Positions 1 through 12,618 of a stretch of DNA of 64,000 nt are shown in pieces. The stretch lies in contig NC_134029.1 of NCBI RefSeq assembly GCF_964204645.1, positions 20,516,950-20,580,949 on the forward strand, read 5' to 3'. The notes beneath the pieces are model-generated. The model was given only the letters and a program-made list of their open reading frames with translations. It did not search any database and was not told the DNA's origin. Both the position numbers and the translations under genes were made by a program. This DNA comes from Tubulanus polymorphus. Its lineage: Eukaryota > Animalia > Nemertea. Within the stretch, counting starts at the first letter, position 1, and the number at the start of each line of letters is the position of its first letter.

Positions 1-815
1 AATGTTAGATGTTGAAATAAGCATGTTACTATGAACTAAGCCCCGACAAATTGGGACCAATTCAATGTATGAATCAAGTCCGACGATGGTGGCACTTGTA
101 AACATTGGTACGAATGTGTTTCAATGGCGAGAGAAATACTGATCTTGCCTCCTGAATTAAGTGTGGTTTGCTCATTGATGTTTACTGTAGTCGTGCACTA
201 ATTTACATATCAATTCTCATGTTTTATTATCGCCGTGTAAGTTGTTATAATTCGATACGAGTTCGGACAGCTGACAGTATATATGTAACCTGTTTAACTC
301 CAATGCAAGTAGATCAATATCTGTAGCTTACATATTTAGTCTAGAAGGGATGTTTTCTAATCCTCCCGTCTGATTTGATTTATCTATTTCTATTTTATTA
401 TCGAAAGCTACTATTCAGGTTCTATGCAAATTCCGTTAGCCCGGGTTTTTGTTGTCTATTCACTGTACATTTATTGTATGGATAGAAAAAGCCTATTCTG
501 TACAAGCTCATTCTACGTATATTAGGTTTTTCTGAATAATTTTATCGTATTTGTTATTTATTAGTTTATTTATTGAATTGTGTACGCACTACCTTTCGAT
601 TGCCTACTGCCATCCTATATATCATTATTATTATTATTATTAATATGATAATGTTGTAATCCACTGTAAAATATAAAAGCCACAATATAAACTAATGAAG
701 TAAAACCAATCTTTCTGATTTGAATGTGTCAGCTCAAAAAGCTGTTTTTGGAATTAATTTTTGCGATCATATTGTATAAGAGGCTGATGGTAAACAATTG
801 CTTCAATGTGGTTTA

Positions 816-998
816 CAACGGAACCTTGTTATAACGGACCACTTCCTCAGATATAACAACTTATCAGTTATTACAAACCTAGAATTTCATTCCAAATAGG
901 ACGGAATTTGATGGTTTCAAACTGGATTTTAACGAATTATCTGTTATAAGATACCAAATTTTTGGTCCCTTGAAGTTTGTTGTAATGAGGTTCCACTG
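816..998. mobile_element. Tc1/mariner-pogo-type MITE (CAGTGGAACC family), degenerate copy
   Basis: Ends CAACGGAACCTTGTTATAAC ... GTTGTAATGAGGTTCCACTG are imperfect TIRs, and TA precedes the left end. The same termini recur at 17543-17690 and 20080-20257. Confidence 0.65.
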
Positions 999-3738
999 TG
1001 CTATGAATTTATTTCATTTCACGTTTGCATATCCTATCCAACTCCTTAATTGTGGTTCATTGGACTGAATGCTTAGTTCATTGGATTTTAAATGACCTAT
1101 TTATACGTAGAGTTAATCGTATTAATGGCCAAAATTAAATAATTTTGAATTCCTTGGGTAAAGCTTCTAAAATGCTAAAGATTTTTAAAAGAGGCAACAA
1201 GTTGGGATGGCTCTATCACTGCAAATATTCACTAAGTCATCATTTTTTCATTTGGACCTGGTTTAAACACATTTTGAAAGGACACAATTATTATGCACAT
1301 TTTCGATTAAACAGCTGTGCCCTATTTCATGGTACAATTACAGTTCCAATTTGTCTATCACATCTTATATAGCGTATGGAATTTCGATATAGAATTAATA
1401 CTCCATCATACAAAGTGTATTGGAAAAAAAATGTTGGATATTTCTAAGATTCTGTGGAGATCTTTGTGAATCGATTTCGAGCTTTATGTTTAATACTGCG
1501 TCTTCTGTAAAACGGCAAATGGATAAACGTACTCATTTTAAAAGCTGAGCATTTTCAATTGCTGATTCGAATATTGGTGGGTTATGATCGTTTTGTTGGG
1601 TTGTACTGTTTCAAACAAAATAGTTAATTCTTGATTTTGATTTTGCTGTAATTCTACGCCAATTACGAACCAGTTACGGTAGACTTTTTATTTTTTTCAA
1701 TAACTTCACGGTTGTGTTGCTCGGACGTTCTGTTACTGTAGCTCCCGCTTCTCAATCACACATTCCCACTTCGCCTCATATATTTTTACATGTAATTTGT
1801 AAATAAAATCGTGTGCTTTCAGAAATGATAAACTTGTGTTTTTCTTGTTACCACAGTTTGCTATACGAACACCAGCTTTCAAAGAGTATGGTCAAAGGCC
1901 CCTAGATAGGATAGTTTGGTTCACCGGATTCGAATCAACCCCTGGACCCGTGAGGATAGACGTAATCAGGATTCAAACTGGATGCTTGAGATTTGAGAAT
2001 TTGTTTGACATTTTGAGCCAGCCCGATTCTGACGATTTACCCTTAATTGAATTGGTATATGAATCAAAATCGACCCCTGAAATGAGGATTGTGTAACGAA
2101 TGTGGAGGATACGAATGTGGAGGAAACGAGGTTACGAATGTGGAGGATGTGGTCGTTCAATATACAATTTCTATCGACGGGAATACTGTGACTATGGGCG
2201 TCAACCCGTCTAAGCTCATTCAAGACCTTAGCCTAGTAAAATCTTAAATTTACTTTGCCAAATGCCCTGACGAGTTTATTTGAATACGAAATATTATAAG
2301 ATATATTTTTCTTTACGGTATCTATTGATACGTGTTGTTTGAATTCTAATCGTTCAATACAATATGTTATACGAATCGATGAGACATGTTTCGCAAATTT
2401 TGAAATATTTCTGATCTTTCTTTGATGGGGATTGATACATGTGAATATCATACACATTCATTGTCAAGGGCTTCCAATGAGTGGCACAGATGAATCTACC
2501 ATTAAAGTACAATCAGAAATTCAATTTACAATCAGTCAGACGAATGAATATGAATTTCCATGATGAAGGCATATATGATTGTCTTGCATTTGACATACAC
2601 AGTTATTCATATAGAAATCGTGGATACAAGGGGCTAATTGAAGCACCGGAAACATTTACGTCTTCACGTCATGTCTTGTTTTCATTAGTTCGTTGGGTGA
2701 AAATATTAGAAGAATGCGTGACTCGATCGAAAAATTGAAATATCAGTGGAACTGCATATCCACTGCAGTTCGTGAAATCTACGAGCTCGTAGGCGAGATT
2801 CGTACAAACAATTTTCGATCCAACTGTCAAGCGTAAAGACCGTTAGTTCAGGAAAAATTATCACTCATTCAATGAATGGACCCCAATAAATCGAAAACCA
2901 CTCGTCGTCGCTAAATGAACGCTGGTTGAGCTATTTAACTGAACAAAAGCCCTATCCTAGCAACGTTAAGTCTTAGGCTAATAATTCACACATCGCCGAC
3001 TAGCTGGCACTGAAATACGCACCGACCGCCGCACAGCCTTATTTACAGTGCTGAAATGAAATGAAAAACGTGTAAACAAAACTCTCTTCTGTTTCTGTGT
3101 ACGGGTGACAAGTTTACACAACTTACAAGATTCACTCACGACTACCTGTAGATAAAGGCTTTATATCAGAAACGGCGATATTCGAGAATTTCATTAGGTC
3201 GAATTTGCCAGTAATTTAATTTTAATCAACATCAGACTACGCGGTAACGCTGGCTAGGTTTATATCGAGGAAAATTGATAGGGGAAACAGGACTTCGTAA
3301 CGAGGAAGGTGAGCGAATTAAATTTGGATCCGAAAACTGCATTTTCTGTCATCGATTGGAGGGTTTTGATGGGTTTTTTTAAAATCTATAATCACTTCTT
3401 TTGAAAATGATTAATGCAAATAATACATAATACATTGCGAAAAATTTTGCGCGTTTTATACAATTGTCCTAATTTGATTTACATGAAAATCTGAAATGCC
3501 ATTATCAGGTAAAGAACAGAACAGAACAGTGAAAGTTATAAACGTAAATTACACTGATAAATGTCACTTGTCTCACGTAGCTTGACGCATAAATCACATT
3601 ATCTTATTATTATAAGGTGTCATTAGCCGACATAGTTCTACATTTCCATTTCTTTAGCCTGAAAACTTGCGCGCGCGCGCGGTCGTACCTGCAAATTTCA
3701 ATATTTCCGTAGACCGTACGAAATACGAACGTTTTATG

Positions 3739-4022
3739 CAGGGGTCGATCTAGGGTCTAATTAAGGAGGGGGGGGCAGGAAAAATTAAGGCACATCTATA
3801 GGCAAATAACGGCACTCTCGTAGGTGCGGGTCCTCCCCCAGAAAATTTTCTAAATTTGATGCAATTTTAGAGCAACTATATTTTTGAAACACCCAATACG
3901 GATGGTTTAGTTCTATGAAAAAATAAATACATGGATAAAAACAAAATCTTTGAAATTTTTTCAGGGCACCTTGAAATTTTGAGAGGGGGAGCGCTCCCCT
4001 GCTCCCCTTGAATCCGCCCCTG
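3739..4022. mobile_element. Non-autonomous DNA transposon (CAGGGGCGGATC-type TIR) with 5-bp TSD
   Basis: Termini are CAGGGGTCGATC ... GAATCCGCCCCTG, flanked on both sides by TTATG. Confidence 0.7.
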
Positions 4023-4441
4023 TTATGCTGTGAGCTCTTGAGTTTACGTAAGAAGGCAGCTTAATAATTCATTCCTATACATGCAATGATGACGAGTTGA
4101 TGAGTTTGGTCACTGAACCATGATATCGGAATTGTTCTTGCCAATACATTATAACACCTATACGTAGTTCCAAGAATAAGGAATTGAAGAGCTTTAAAAA
4201 CCCACGCGTTGGACAATCTGTCTGGAACGGTTTAGCTGACAATCTGTTCGTCAATCTTTTTTAATGTTGGGATAAGGCTGAATATATTTTTCTTATGTTG
4301 CGTATTAAAAGCTCAACTTGCTATAAATCACGATATTAAGCTGAAATCAAATAGCTTTTTTTCTTTTATTCGTTTTCCATGCAGAGACAAAGCGCGTTGT
4401 CATTTAGTCGAAGAAAATTCTCACATTATTCACGAAATACC

Positions 4442-6019
4442 ATGTTTAACGGAGCTCAGATGTGGTCGTATTTCACCACACCGGTTTCTACGCCGTGTAT
4501 GATGACACCTCGACGCCTGGAACCGTTAGACGAGAAAATAATCGAACTGGATAAGATGAAGAAGGATATCTACCAGCATCTGAAAAAACTGAACAATCTA
4601 AGAAGTGAATACACCGAATGGTTCGAAAATAGGCACAAGTAAGTCGTTTCAAGGATTTTAGATATTAATTCAAAAATTATTTTTGAATTCAGCATTGATA
4701 AGACTCTATATCCGTGTTAAGACGAGAATCCCACAATAATGACGAAAAATGAAGTACAAAATGTTTCCTAGAGCTGGTGGTTTATTCGACGTTTCGACAT
4801 ATACTAATAGTCATCTTTTTCGGACTTTCGGATTTTTTTCGTCATTATTGTGGGATTCTCGTGCTGATATTACTTTTAAATTATGTAAATCCGACTGTCC
4901 TGATTGTTTTCGGTGCGAGCCCGTCTTTCCATCGTTTTCGCTCCGTTGGAATTGTTTTATCAAATAAACACACCGGCGGATTTTAGGGGGGGGGATCTCG
5001 GGGGTCCGGACTCCCACCTTCCCGCGAACACCATAAATCTGACATTCATCTGCTCGAAAATTCTTTTCGGCTTTATTTCTTCAAGAATATCTTAAACCGA
5101 GGCTGGAACCACGCAGAACCTTAATAGCCTTTGACTTGGCTGCTTCAATATCCAAGAAATACTTTTCGTGTGGATTTTCCAATCGCCCCTGAAACATTTT
5201 TTACTGCGACGAATTAATTCATCATTGTCAATGGTGGCAATTATTCTTTTGGATGGATCTGTTATAAATTTGTTTGAGGGGGTTCCCTGGGATTAGCAGT
5301 CATCATGGCACTAACTCAGCAACCGTGGGTAGATTTGCATTACTAGTCCGTCATCTGCAATTCTAAATCCCATTAATCCTTGCAACTCGTGTACCTACAG
5401 CCATTAAGATGAAGCCGAAGTCAATAAATTCTGATATTTAAAACCAATCTCTATTTTCGTACATACAGAAAAATATGAGATTACATTACAGGATAGATAT
5501 ACATGTACAATACAGATTTTCAATTTCAGGTCATTTACGGAATCTCTGATTGGGGCACGGATGTTAATACCCGAATTGTTTCCGGAACAAGTTTACACGA
5601 TCAAACATTTCAAGCAAACGAAACAACTGTGCCAAACGTTGATCGATAAAGGCAGATACGTTTCGAACGTCGAACGTATGAACGAATTCGAAAAACTCTG
5701 GGAGAAAATGGTCGAAATAAAAGAGGCAGGCGACGAAGTCGTTTACGAACAGTTGTGTAAATATTGTACGAATATAACCGCTTTACGAGACCCGAATTTG
5801 AAAGAACAAATAGACGACTTGCAATATCACCTGCAGAAAGCGTGTTCGGAAGATTTCAATTTCAAAGATATTCACAACGAACGGGATAATTTGTTCACGT
5901 ACAAACTAGACATCGGGGAAAAGGATTATTTAGGTTTGGTGCAGTTCATTCCGTATTTGCTTCAGATTACGAGGAAAATCTGTTACTTAGGCATCAAATT
6001 ACACGTGGAAAAAGAATAG
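4442..6019 (+). CDS. Uncharacterised ~228-aa protein, 2 coding exons (4442-4638, 5530-6019)
   Basis: ATG at 4442 follows the acceptor ccatgcag (4384). The phase-2 GT-AG intron AA|gtaagt...tttcag|G joins the two ORFs in frame. AATAAA lies at 6277, and a probable non-coding first exon has its donor at 3309 (AAG|gtgagc). No family recognised. Confidence 0.75.
4722..4862. repeat. Perfect 28-bp inverted repeat enclosing a Penelope-like terminal motif
   Basis: ACGAGAATCCCACAATAATGACGAAAAA (4722-4749) is matched by its exact reverse complement (4835-4862). Between them, the minus strand reads AAGATGAC-N11-GTCGAAACGTCGAATAAA. Confidence 0.6.
4971..5191. mobile_element. Non-autonomous DNA transposon (CAGGGGCGGAT-type TIR) with 5-bp TSD
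   Basis: Termini are CACCGGCGGATTT ... AATCGCCCCTG, flanked on both sides by AAACA (4966-4970, 5192-5196). Confidence 0.65.
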
Positions 6020-6599
6020 AAAATGCGAACTCGTAGATGATATAGACAAGAATTTTCATTCGAAATTACGTATAAAATTCTCGCTTCGATCTCAATCCTT
6101 AATATCCCGCGCTACCGGTCAAAACTACTGTCATAAACAAGTCATAAAACTTCCAACGTGGTTTGTGAACTTTTAGTACGTCTCATTTCGGGATTTTGAT
6201 TGTGATTTTACAGGGAGCTTCTCGATATGAAAAGAATTATAATTTCTTATAATAACAACGGATTGTTGCGAGAAGTAATAAATGTATATTTTCAATTCAA
6301 TATCTCACTGGAATTTACAATGATGCAATACTTCATATGACAGTGGTCTTTCATATATTTTCCCGAGTGTTAGAAATTGCAACTTGTGTGTGAACAATTC
6401 ATGTGATACAAATGTGATATACTGATAACCACTTATGCACGTGATAAATAATTCAATCGACCATACTCTATTGACAGTGGCAACAATTATCTGAGAATTT
6501 CAGCATTTTATTGATTTTCTGCCACAAAATCGACGTCTGTTCCCACACCTGTTTATACATACAGTATTCATCATACACCGGTTACATTCTGGTGAAAGT

Positions 6600-6880
6600 C
6601 GATATAGAATCTATCTTTAAACTCGGTAGTGTTTTGACTGCAAATGAATCTCAATAAATATGCAATTCTGTCTCAGTCGGTAGTGTTTTGACTACAAATG
6701 AATCTAAATAAATATGCAATAGATTCCGTCTCAACCGATAGTGTTTTGACTGTATAAAATGAATCTGAGTTAATACGTAATAGACTTGGTGTTAATCAGT
6801 AGTGTTTGGACTGGAAATGAATCTAAGATGCAATAGATTCTGTCTTACTTGGTAGTGTTTTGAATACAAATGAATCACGG
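6600..6880. repeat. Degenerate minisatellite, ~5 x 53-61 bp
   Basis: The core GTAGTGTTTTGACT..AAATGAATC recurs at ~6624, 6678, 6736, 6797 and 6850. Confidence 0.8.
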
Positions 6881-7821
6881 TAAAATTGACTGCTTTGATC
6901 AGTTTACCGATTTGACCAGCACTGAAGACCACAGACTCTAAAACGAATCCATGTGACGACTAATGAGTATAGTAGTCTCCACCTAAAAATATTTTTGGGT
7001 AGGTTAGAACTGATAAGATTCTACCGGGGTAAACTTAACACCAATTTCAAGCGCGAGAATTCAGCAATAATTACACTCAAGGGAATGCCGATTTCATAGA
7101 ATTGCAGTTGAATGAGTTTATTTACAACTACGCTTTGATAGCTTCAAGTGAACTGGGGTCAAACAACTGAAAATACAGTCAAGCGATAAATCGTTAACAC
7201 CATGATTCCACAGTAGGCAACTTAAGTAGGCAGCAAGTTATCATTACACGACTAATTGTAGCATTGAAAGCTTTTCCCTTTCCTTAAAAACCAGCTACAC
7301 AAAGCACCATTATACGCATTGGTGACCATTAATTTAAGCAAATAACCGGTACAAATCTATAACCCTATCCATTCTATTGCAGCCTGCCACCAATCCATTT
7401 TGATTTCAGCTATCTTGATATTTGGCTTAATATATAATTAAGTATATTTGTCCATCTATGATAATTCCACATACCGGTACCCAGTTACCTCCCTGCAAAA
7501 ATCAATCTTAACAAGAAAAACAACCATTTCTGTCGTTCATTTGATACATTCGACTGTGATAAAACCGTCAATTCAAACGACATATGTACATATATACATA
7601 TTTCATATGAGACTGCCGTCAAAGCTATAATATACGTATATTTAGAATAAATGACATATAAAGCATCGAGATCCCGTTCTGCAGTTGTCGATTCTAGGCG
7701 ATTGAACTAATTTCGACTCGTAAAACCATAGAACTAGCACAGTAGACTAAAACCAGCACCGTACATATCAAACACCAGGAGGGATTAAATTACAACAAAC
7801 CATTCAACAATAATAACGATA

Positions 7822-10800
7822 TTAAATTCGTAACAGATTTTCTAGCGCGTCGAGGAAACCGTTTTCGAAAGCTTCCTCGGAAAATCTAGCGACCGATTCG
7901 CGAGCGTTCGAACAGATTTCGCGTCTTTCCGTCGGAGTCAATTCGTAAATAGTTCGCATACAATCCGCGTACGTCTGCTCGGTATCGGCGAGAAATCCCG
8001 TACGAGATCCTTCGTAATCGGTCACAATATCCATCTTCGGACCGCCGGAATTATGAGCTAACACGACGGTTCCGGCTGCCATACATTCCACAACTCCTGC
8101 AAATACGAAACAACGATTACAGCTTTAATTGACAAGCTTAGTTTAGATATTAGAGGTCAGGCAAAAGTGAATTTTCACAAAAAGGTTTTAGATTAGGTAC
8201 CGGTAACTGTATTTGATTTGGAATTTTTCTTATTTTAATTTCCACAGGACAGGCTAACAGGACAAGTTACAAAACAAAAATGTGCATGAGACATGATTGT
8301 TATTTGTTAGTGGTTGATTCATAAACTCATCCTCATATAAAACTACCAGAGTAACAAAGATAGATCATATGTGCCTTTTTACAGATCAATCATTCCTAGA
8401 TTCAAGGAGTTTTAATGATGATAATTTTAAATTTCGAGGCAGTCTCTGCATCACTTTCATATCCCGATTACAGTAGACTCCTCCTAACTCAGTACTGTTT
8501 ATCATGATAAACCATTGATTTGGTGGTTTTGTAGGCAAATTTTTTTTCCGTTACACTTATTAAAACTCAGTTTCTAATTCGGTAACTAACTATTGGGAAG
8601 ACAAAAATCCTGGTACCGATTTAGGTGAAGTCTACTGTAAAACCTACAATCATTTCTAATTACCTATTTCTAAAAATTGAAGGAGCTTTGGACATTTTCT
8701 TAAAATCAAAGGAGTTTCAAGCATCTTTAAAAACATTTTCTGTTTAACTAGGGTTCCAGGGACACCATGACCACTTGGGAAGTAATTCCAAATGCTCAAC
8801 AATCTAACAATTTCAATATTCAACGCCCCCTGGTGACCATATACAGTATCCAATGACCTTAAAACTTACCACAATCATAGAACATGTCAGCAGCTACGAT
8901 TTTGTAATTGATTGTGATAACAAAATATGCCTCGTTACCACTTTAATATGGAAATACTAAGTTATTCTACTATTCAATGCCCCCTGGTGACCATATTCAA
9001 AACCCAATGACCTTGAAACTCACCACAATCATAGAAAATGTCACAAACTATAACTTTGTTATTGATCATGGTAACAAAATATGCCTAGGTACCAATATAA
9101 TAAGGAAATACTAAGTTATTCTACTATTCAACGCCCCCTGGTGACCATATAGAATAACTAATGGCCTTAAAACTTGCCACAATCATAGCTGATGTCATGA
9201 GCTACAACTTTGCAATTGATTGTGGTTACAAAATATGCATTGATACGAATATAATATAGAAATACTAAGATATTGCATTATTCAACGCCCCCTTGGTGGC
9301 CATATACAAAAACCAATGACCTTGAAACTCACCACAATCATAGAACACGTTATGAGCTACAACTTTCTAAATGATTGTGGTAACAAAATACGCTTAGGTA
9401 TCAATATAATGTGGAAAAACTTTTTCCCACTTACGAATGAGTACTGCCGACACCAAGATGGCCGCCAGTTGCGTCATAATTGGCTGATGAAAAATACCTA
9501 TCTCAGGTATAAAACATCCCTTTCCAAAGAATACCCATCACAAATTGCAATGAGAAATGACAAACCAGTAGGAAGCTACAGGACTCAGAATTTGGGCCAA
9601 AATTAACATTTTTGGGCACTAAAAGGGTCATAGGACGGCCATCTTGAGTCCAATCGACCCAATTTTTGTTATGCTGATGGGCCCTGGGGGAATTCACATA
9701 TATCCGAAAGATCAAGGTAATTGATCAAAGCGTCTTCAAACTTTCCCTCAAAAAGTTAAAAAATGTGTAAAAAGTGCTGATTTTGGCGAACAACAATGGC
9801 TGCCAGTCGGCCATCTTGAATCTGACAGGGCCAGTTTTTGGGCTGAAGATGTGTCTAGGGTAGATACATGTGTAACCCAAATATCAAGACATTACCTTGA
9901 AGCGTCTTCAAAACTTCCCAAAATAACTGGATTCCGTCTACGGATGGATGAACGAACGGACGACGGACGAAAAGTGAACGCAATAGCCCGCTGGGACTCA
10001 AGTCCCAAGTGGGCTAAAAAGAGTTATCAAGGAATCAAAGAGTCATAGGGAGTCGTAGGGACCCTATTTGAATCATTTTAGACATCATTTTCTAATTTTT
10101 GAATTTGAATTACCCATTTCTGAATCACTTTCTAAAAACAATCACAGTACACTTTTTTGTCACCTCAAAATTTTCGCATTATTATTATTCACGTTTTCGC
10201 GCATATATCTTACCGATTCCGAAGTGTTCATTCCACATGGTATGAAGACCGATAGTCGCTGCCGCTAGTTCTTCTTTCAGTACAATAAACGGAACGTTCA
10301 GTTTAAACTCGACGTTCTCCTCGACGTCCAACATTCGACATAACTCGCGTAATTCTTGAACGCGAGCCTCGTCGTCGGCGTTGCGACAACCGCCGATCAA
10401 AACTAACCGAAACATCTCGCGGCGGTCGTCGTCGCGACTGCGCACGAATTTACAGAACGCGTGAATCTGTAGTTTGTGATCTTTTTCCGGGCGAAACTGC
10501 CCGACGGAAACGACGCGGAACAGTTTACCGGTAGTCGACGACGCCGAGTCGTCTTTCAACGGAATAGCGACGAATTCGGTCGTGTCGCACGGCGGATAAA
10601 CGATGTTCGTACGATCGGCAGTTTTCCACAGGTGTAAAATGTGATTACGCGTCCACGTCGAGTTGACCATAACGACTTGCGAACATCGGCCGACGATTCC
10701 GTATAAGTACGCGAAAAGTCGATAGTACAGCAATTTACCTTGACTTAAAATCGTGCTTTGACTGATGAACGAAGCGTTGTTATAAGTACCCTGACGCTGT

Positions 10801-11870
10801 ATAACTCGATCTAACATATCCGTACTGATTGTCGGGTAATGTACATAACACGCGATTTTACAACCGGCCAAATATCGAAATATCGGCAACGTAAACGCGT
10901 ATCCCATACTGTCGATGTAAATATCGGGGATATACTTAAATAAGGCTTCCACGCCGAGGATCGCCGAGCCTAAACTCTGTCCGAGTAAAGTAAAGTAAGG
11001 GTAGGTTTTCGCTTCGACCCAGTCGCGTTGGCGCAAGAATATGAAATGAACGCGCTCCGGATGAGGGATGGTTATGTTGAATGTATCGCGAGCTTTGTTG
11101 AGGATTTCGGTTCCGGTAGCTTCATGATCTCCTGTATAGACGACGCATTGAACATGCGGGTACCTAGCGAATAAAGAAAACGAACAATGATCATGAAGAT
11201 GAACCTTAGGGGCTTGACACAACATTTTTACCCCAGCATCCTAGTGCACCATATACCCTGCATTTAAAAGAACAAGCGAGCCAAGTCCTTCGTAGATATT
11301 TAGTTTTTTAATATGGCATCTCAAAGATTTTGCGACAGGTTCCTGTAAGATGAATGTCTATTAAGTTTGAGAATTAAGATAATGAAATCTTACTTCTTCT
11401 GAATAGCTCTAATAGCAGTCCACAAGACTCGTTCACCACCTCCTCCGGCGTGGCAATACGGATGGAAAAATCCTACAACGACGGTGCTGTCGCTCTGCCG
11501 TATCTCGGGGTGTAGAGTTAGTTTATACTTGCGGAGAATGAATTTCAGCAAAGCGAACAGTATAACGAGAAGGATGACACATAAAACTATCAGCAACAAG
11601 AGCAGATTCATCATGTAGAATAAGATTCTGAAATGCATAAGTAAATTAATTGACATTTGAATTGATCTCGACTCAGAAGAAACGGGTGTTTCTGACCCCA
11701 TTATTGATGATTTAACGAAATAAAAAATTGAATAAGATTATCATTAATGAGAAACACAATATCCTAATTGGAGTATGAATATGAGGACGCCTTTTACCAA
11801 GAGAATACTGTAAATACCTGATATTTCCGCGTAAAATGGACAAAATGTCCTCGATCATGGGCGCCGCCAT
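7822..11870 (-). CDS. ALG11: GDP-Man:Man3GlcNAc2-PP-Dol alpha-1,2-mannosyltransferase, ~503 aa, 4 exons (11870-11818, 11627-11394, 11163-10214, 8096-7822)
   Basis: Diagnostic motifs: [55 protein letters not shown] and [21 protein letters not shown]...[11 protein letters not shown]. There is an N-terminal TM segment. All three GT-AG junctions keep frame. Confidence 0.95.
8471..8637. mobile_element. Tc1/mariner-type MITE with TA TSD in ALG11 intron 3
   Basis: TA-CAGTAGACTCCTCCTAA ... TTAGGTGAAGTCTACTG-TA. Confidence 0.75.
8746..10020 (+). mobile_element. Helentron-associated (HINE/DINE-like) non-autonomous element with internal 4 x 154-bp tandem repeats
   Basis: It starts TTT|AACTAGGG, has 154-bp repeats at ~8818, 8972, 9126 and 9280, and a GACGGACG microsatellite-like tract. 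It ends in a 3' palindrome TAGCCCGCTGGGACT..AGTCCCAAGTGGGCTA followed by AAAA. This layout is typical of invertebrate Helentron derivatives. Confidence 0.7.
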
Positions 11871-12120
11871 CTTGGATTCTGTCTACGACGGATACGAAAT
11901 GGACTTAACCATCCCTTAGGAAAAACCCACCGGTCGGCTCCTACTCCTTCGAGGTTTTAGATACTTTTACGGTGCTTTTCAGCGAGGTACCTGAACAATT
12001 ATAGAAGTGTCGATCCCTATAGATCTGTAGAAATTGGCTTTGGTTTACATTAATGTATTTTTAACTAGTAAAAGCCGAAAGAAGGGTTACAACTCTATGT
12101 ACCAGTAGATGGCAGCACCT
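11860..12120. promoter_or_regulatory. Probable bidirectional promoter region ALG11 / LRR gene, with YY1-like and CTCF-like motifs
   Basis: The divergent start codons are ~750 bp apart. CAAGATGGCGGC (minus strand) overlaps the ALG11 ATG. CCAGTAGATGGCAGC at 12102-12116 fits the CTCF core CCASYAGRKGGCRS. Confidence 0.5.
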
Positions 12121-12618
12121 CCTGGTCATATTAACTGTCAAACAACTGTCAAATCTGTGTAGTACTTGCTGCTACACTACGTTATTCTCTAACTACTGTT
12201 TTAACATAGCTCAATGAGTCCCGCTCATATCTTTGAGCATATGCAAACATTTGATTCGTTTATCATGTCTCATCATTATTTACCATCAAAAAAGCACAGC
12301 CATATCATATGCTACAGCAGTTAGTTATCTAACTAATCGTTGGCATGGTATTTTTAATCAGATGAACTTGTGGCTTGTGAAACTAAACAGCTGCTAAACC
12401 ACAGACAGGTTACTGACAATGACTTAAGCCTGTACACACAGCCTCTAGTTTCCTTTGTGATTTAAAAGTAAATTGAGGGTGCCCCGATAAAATTATTCCT
12501 ATTTTATGTTTCATGGTTTTGTCTAAAAGTGTATATGAAAAAAGTTTTCTGTTGATGTTGAAAAATATCAAGCGCTTTAAGATTACATTGTGTGTTTATT
12601 TATTTTTCAGTGCTTTAA

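Noticed and set aside
1-700. Possible gene at the window start
   Set aside because: AT-rich with no ORF or exon pattern. It may be the 3' UTR of an upstream gene but this cannot be supported.
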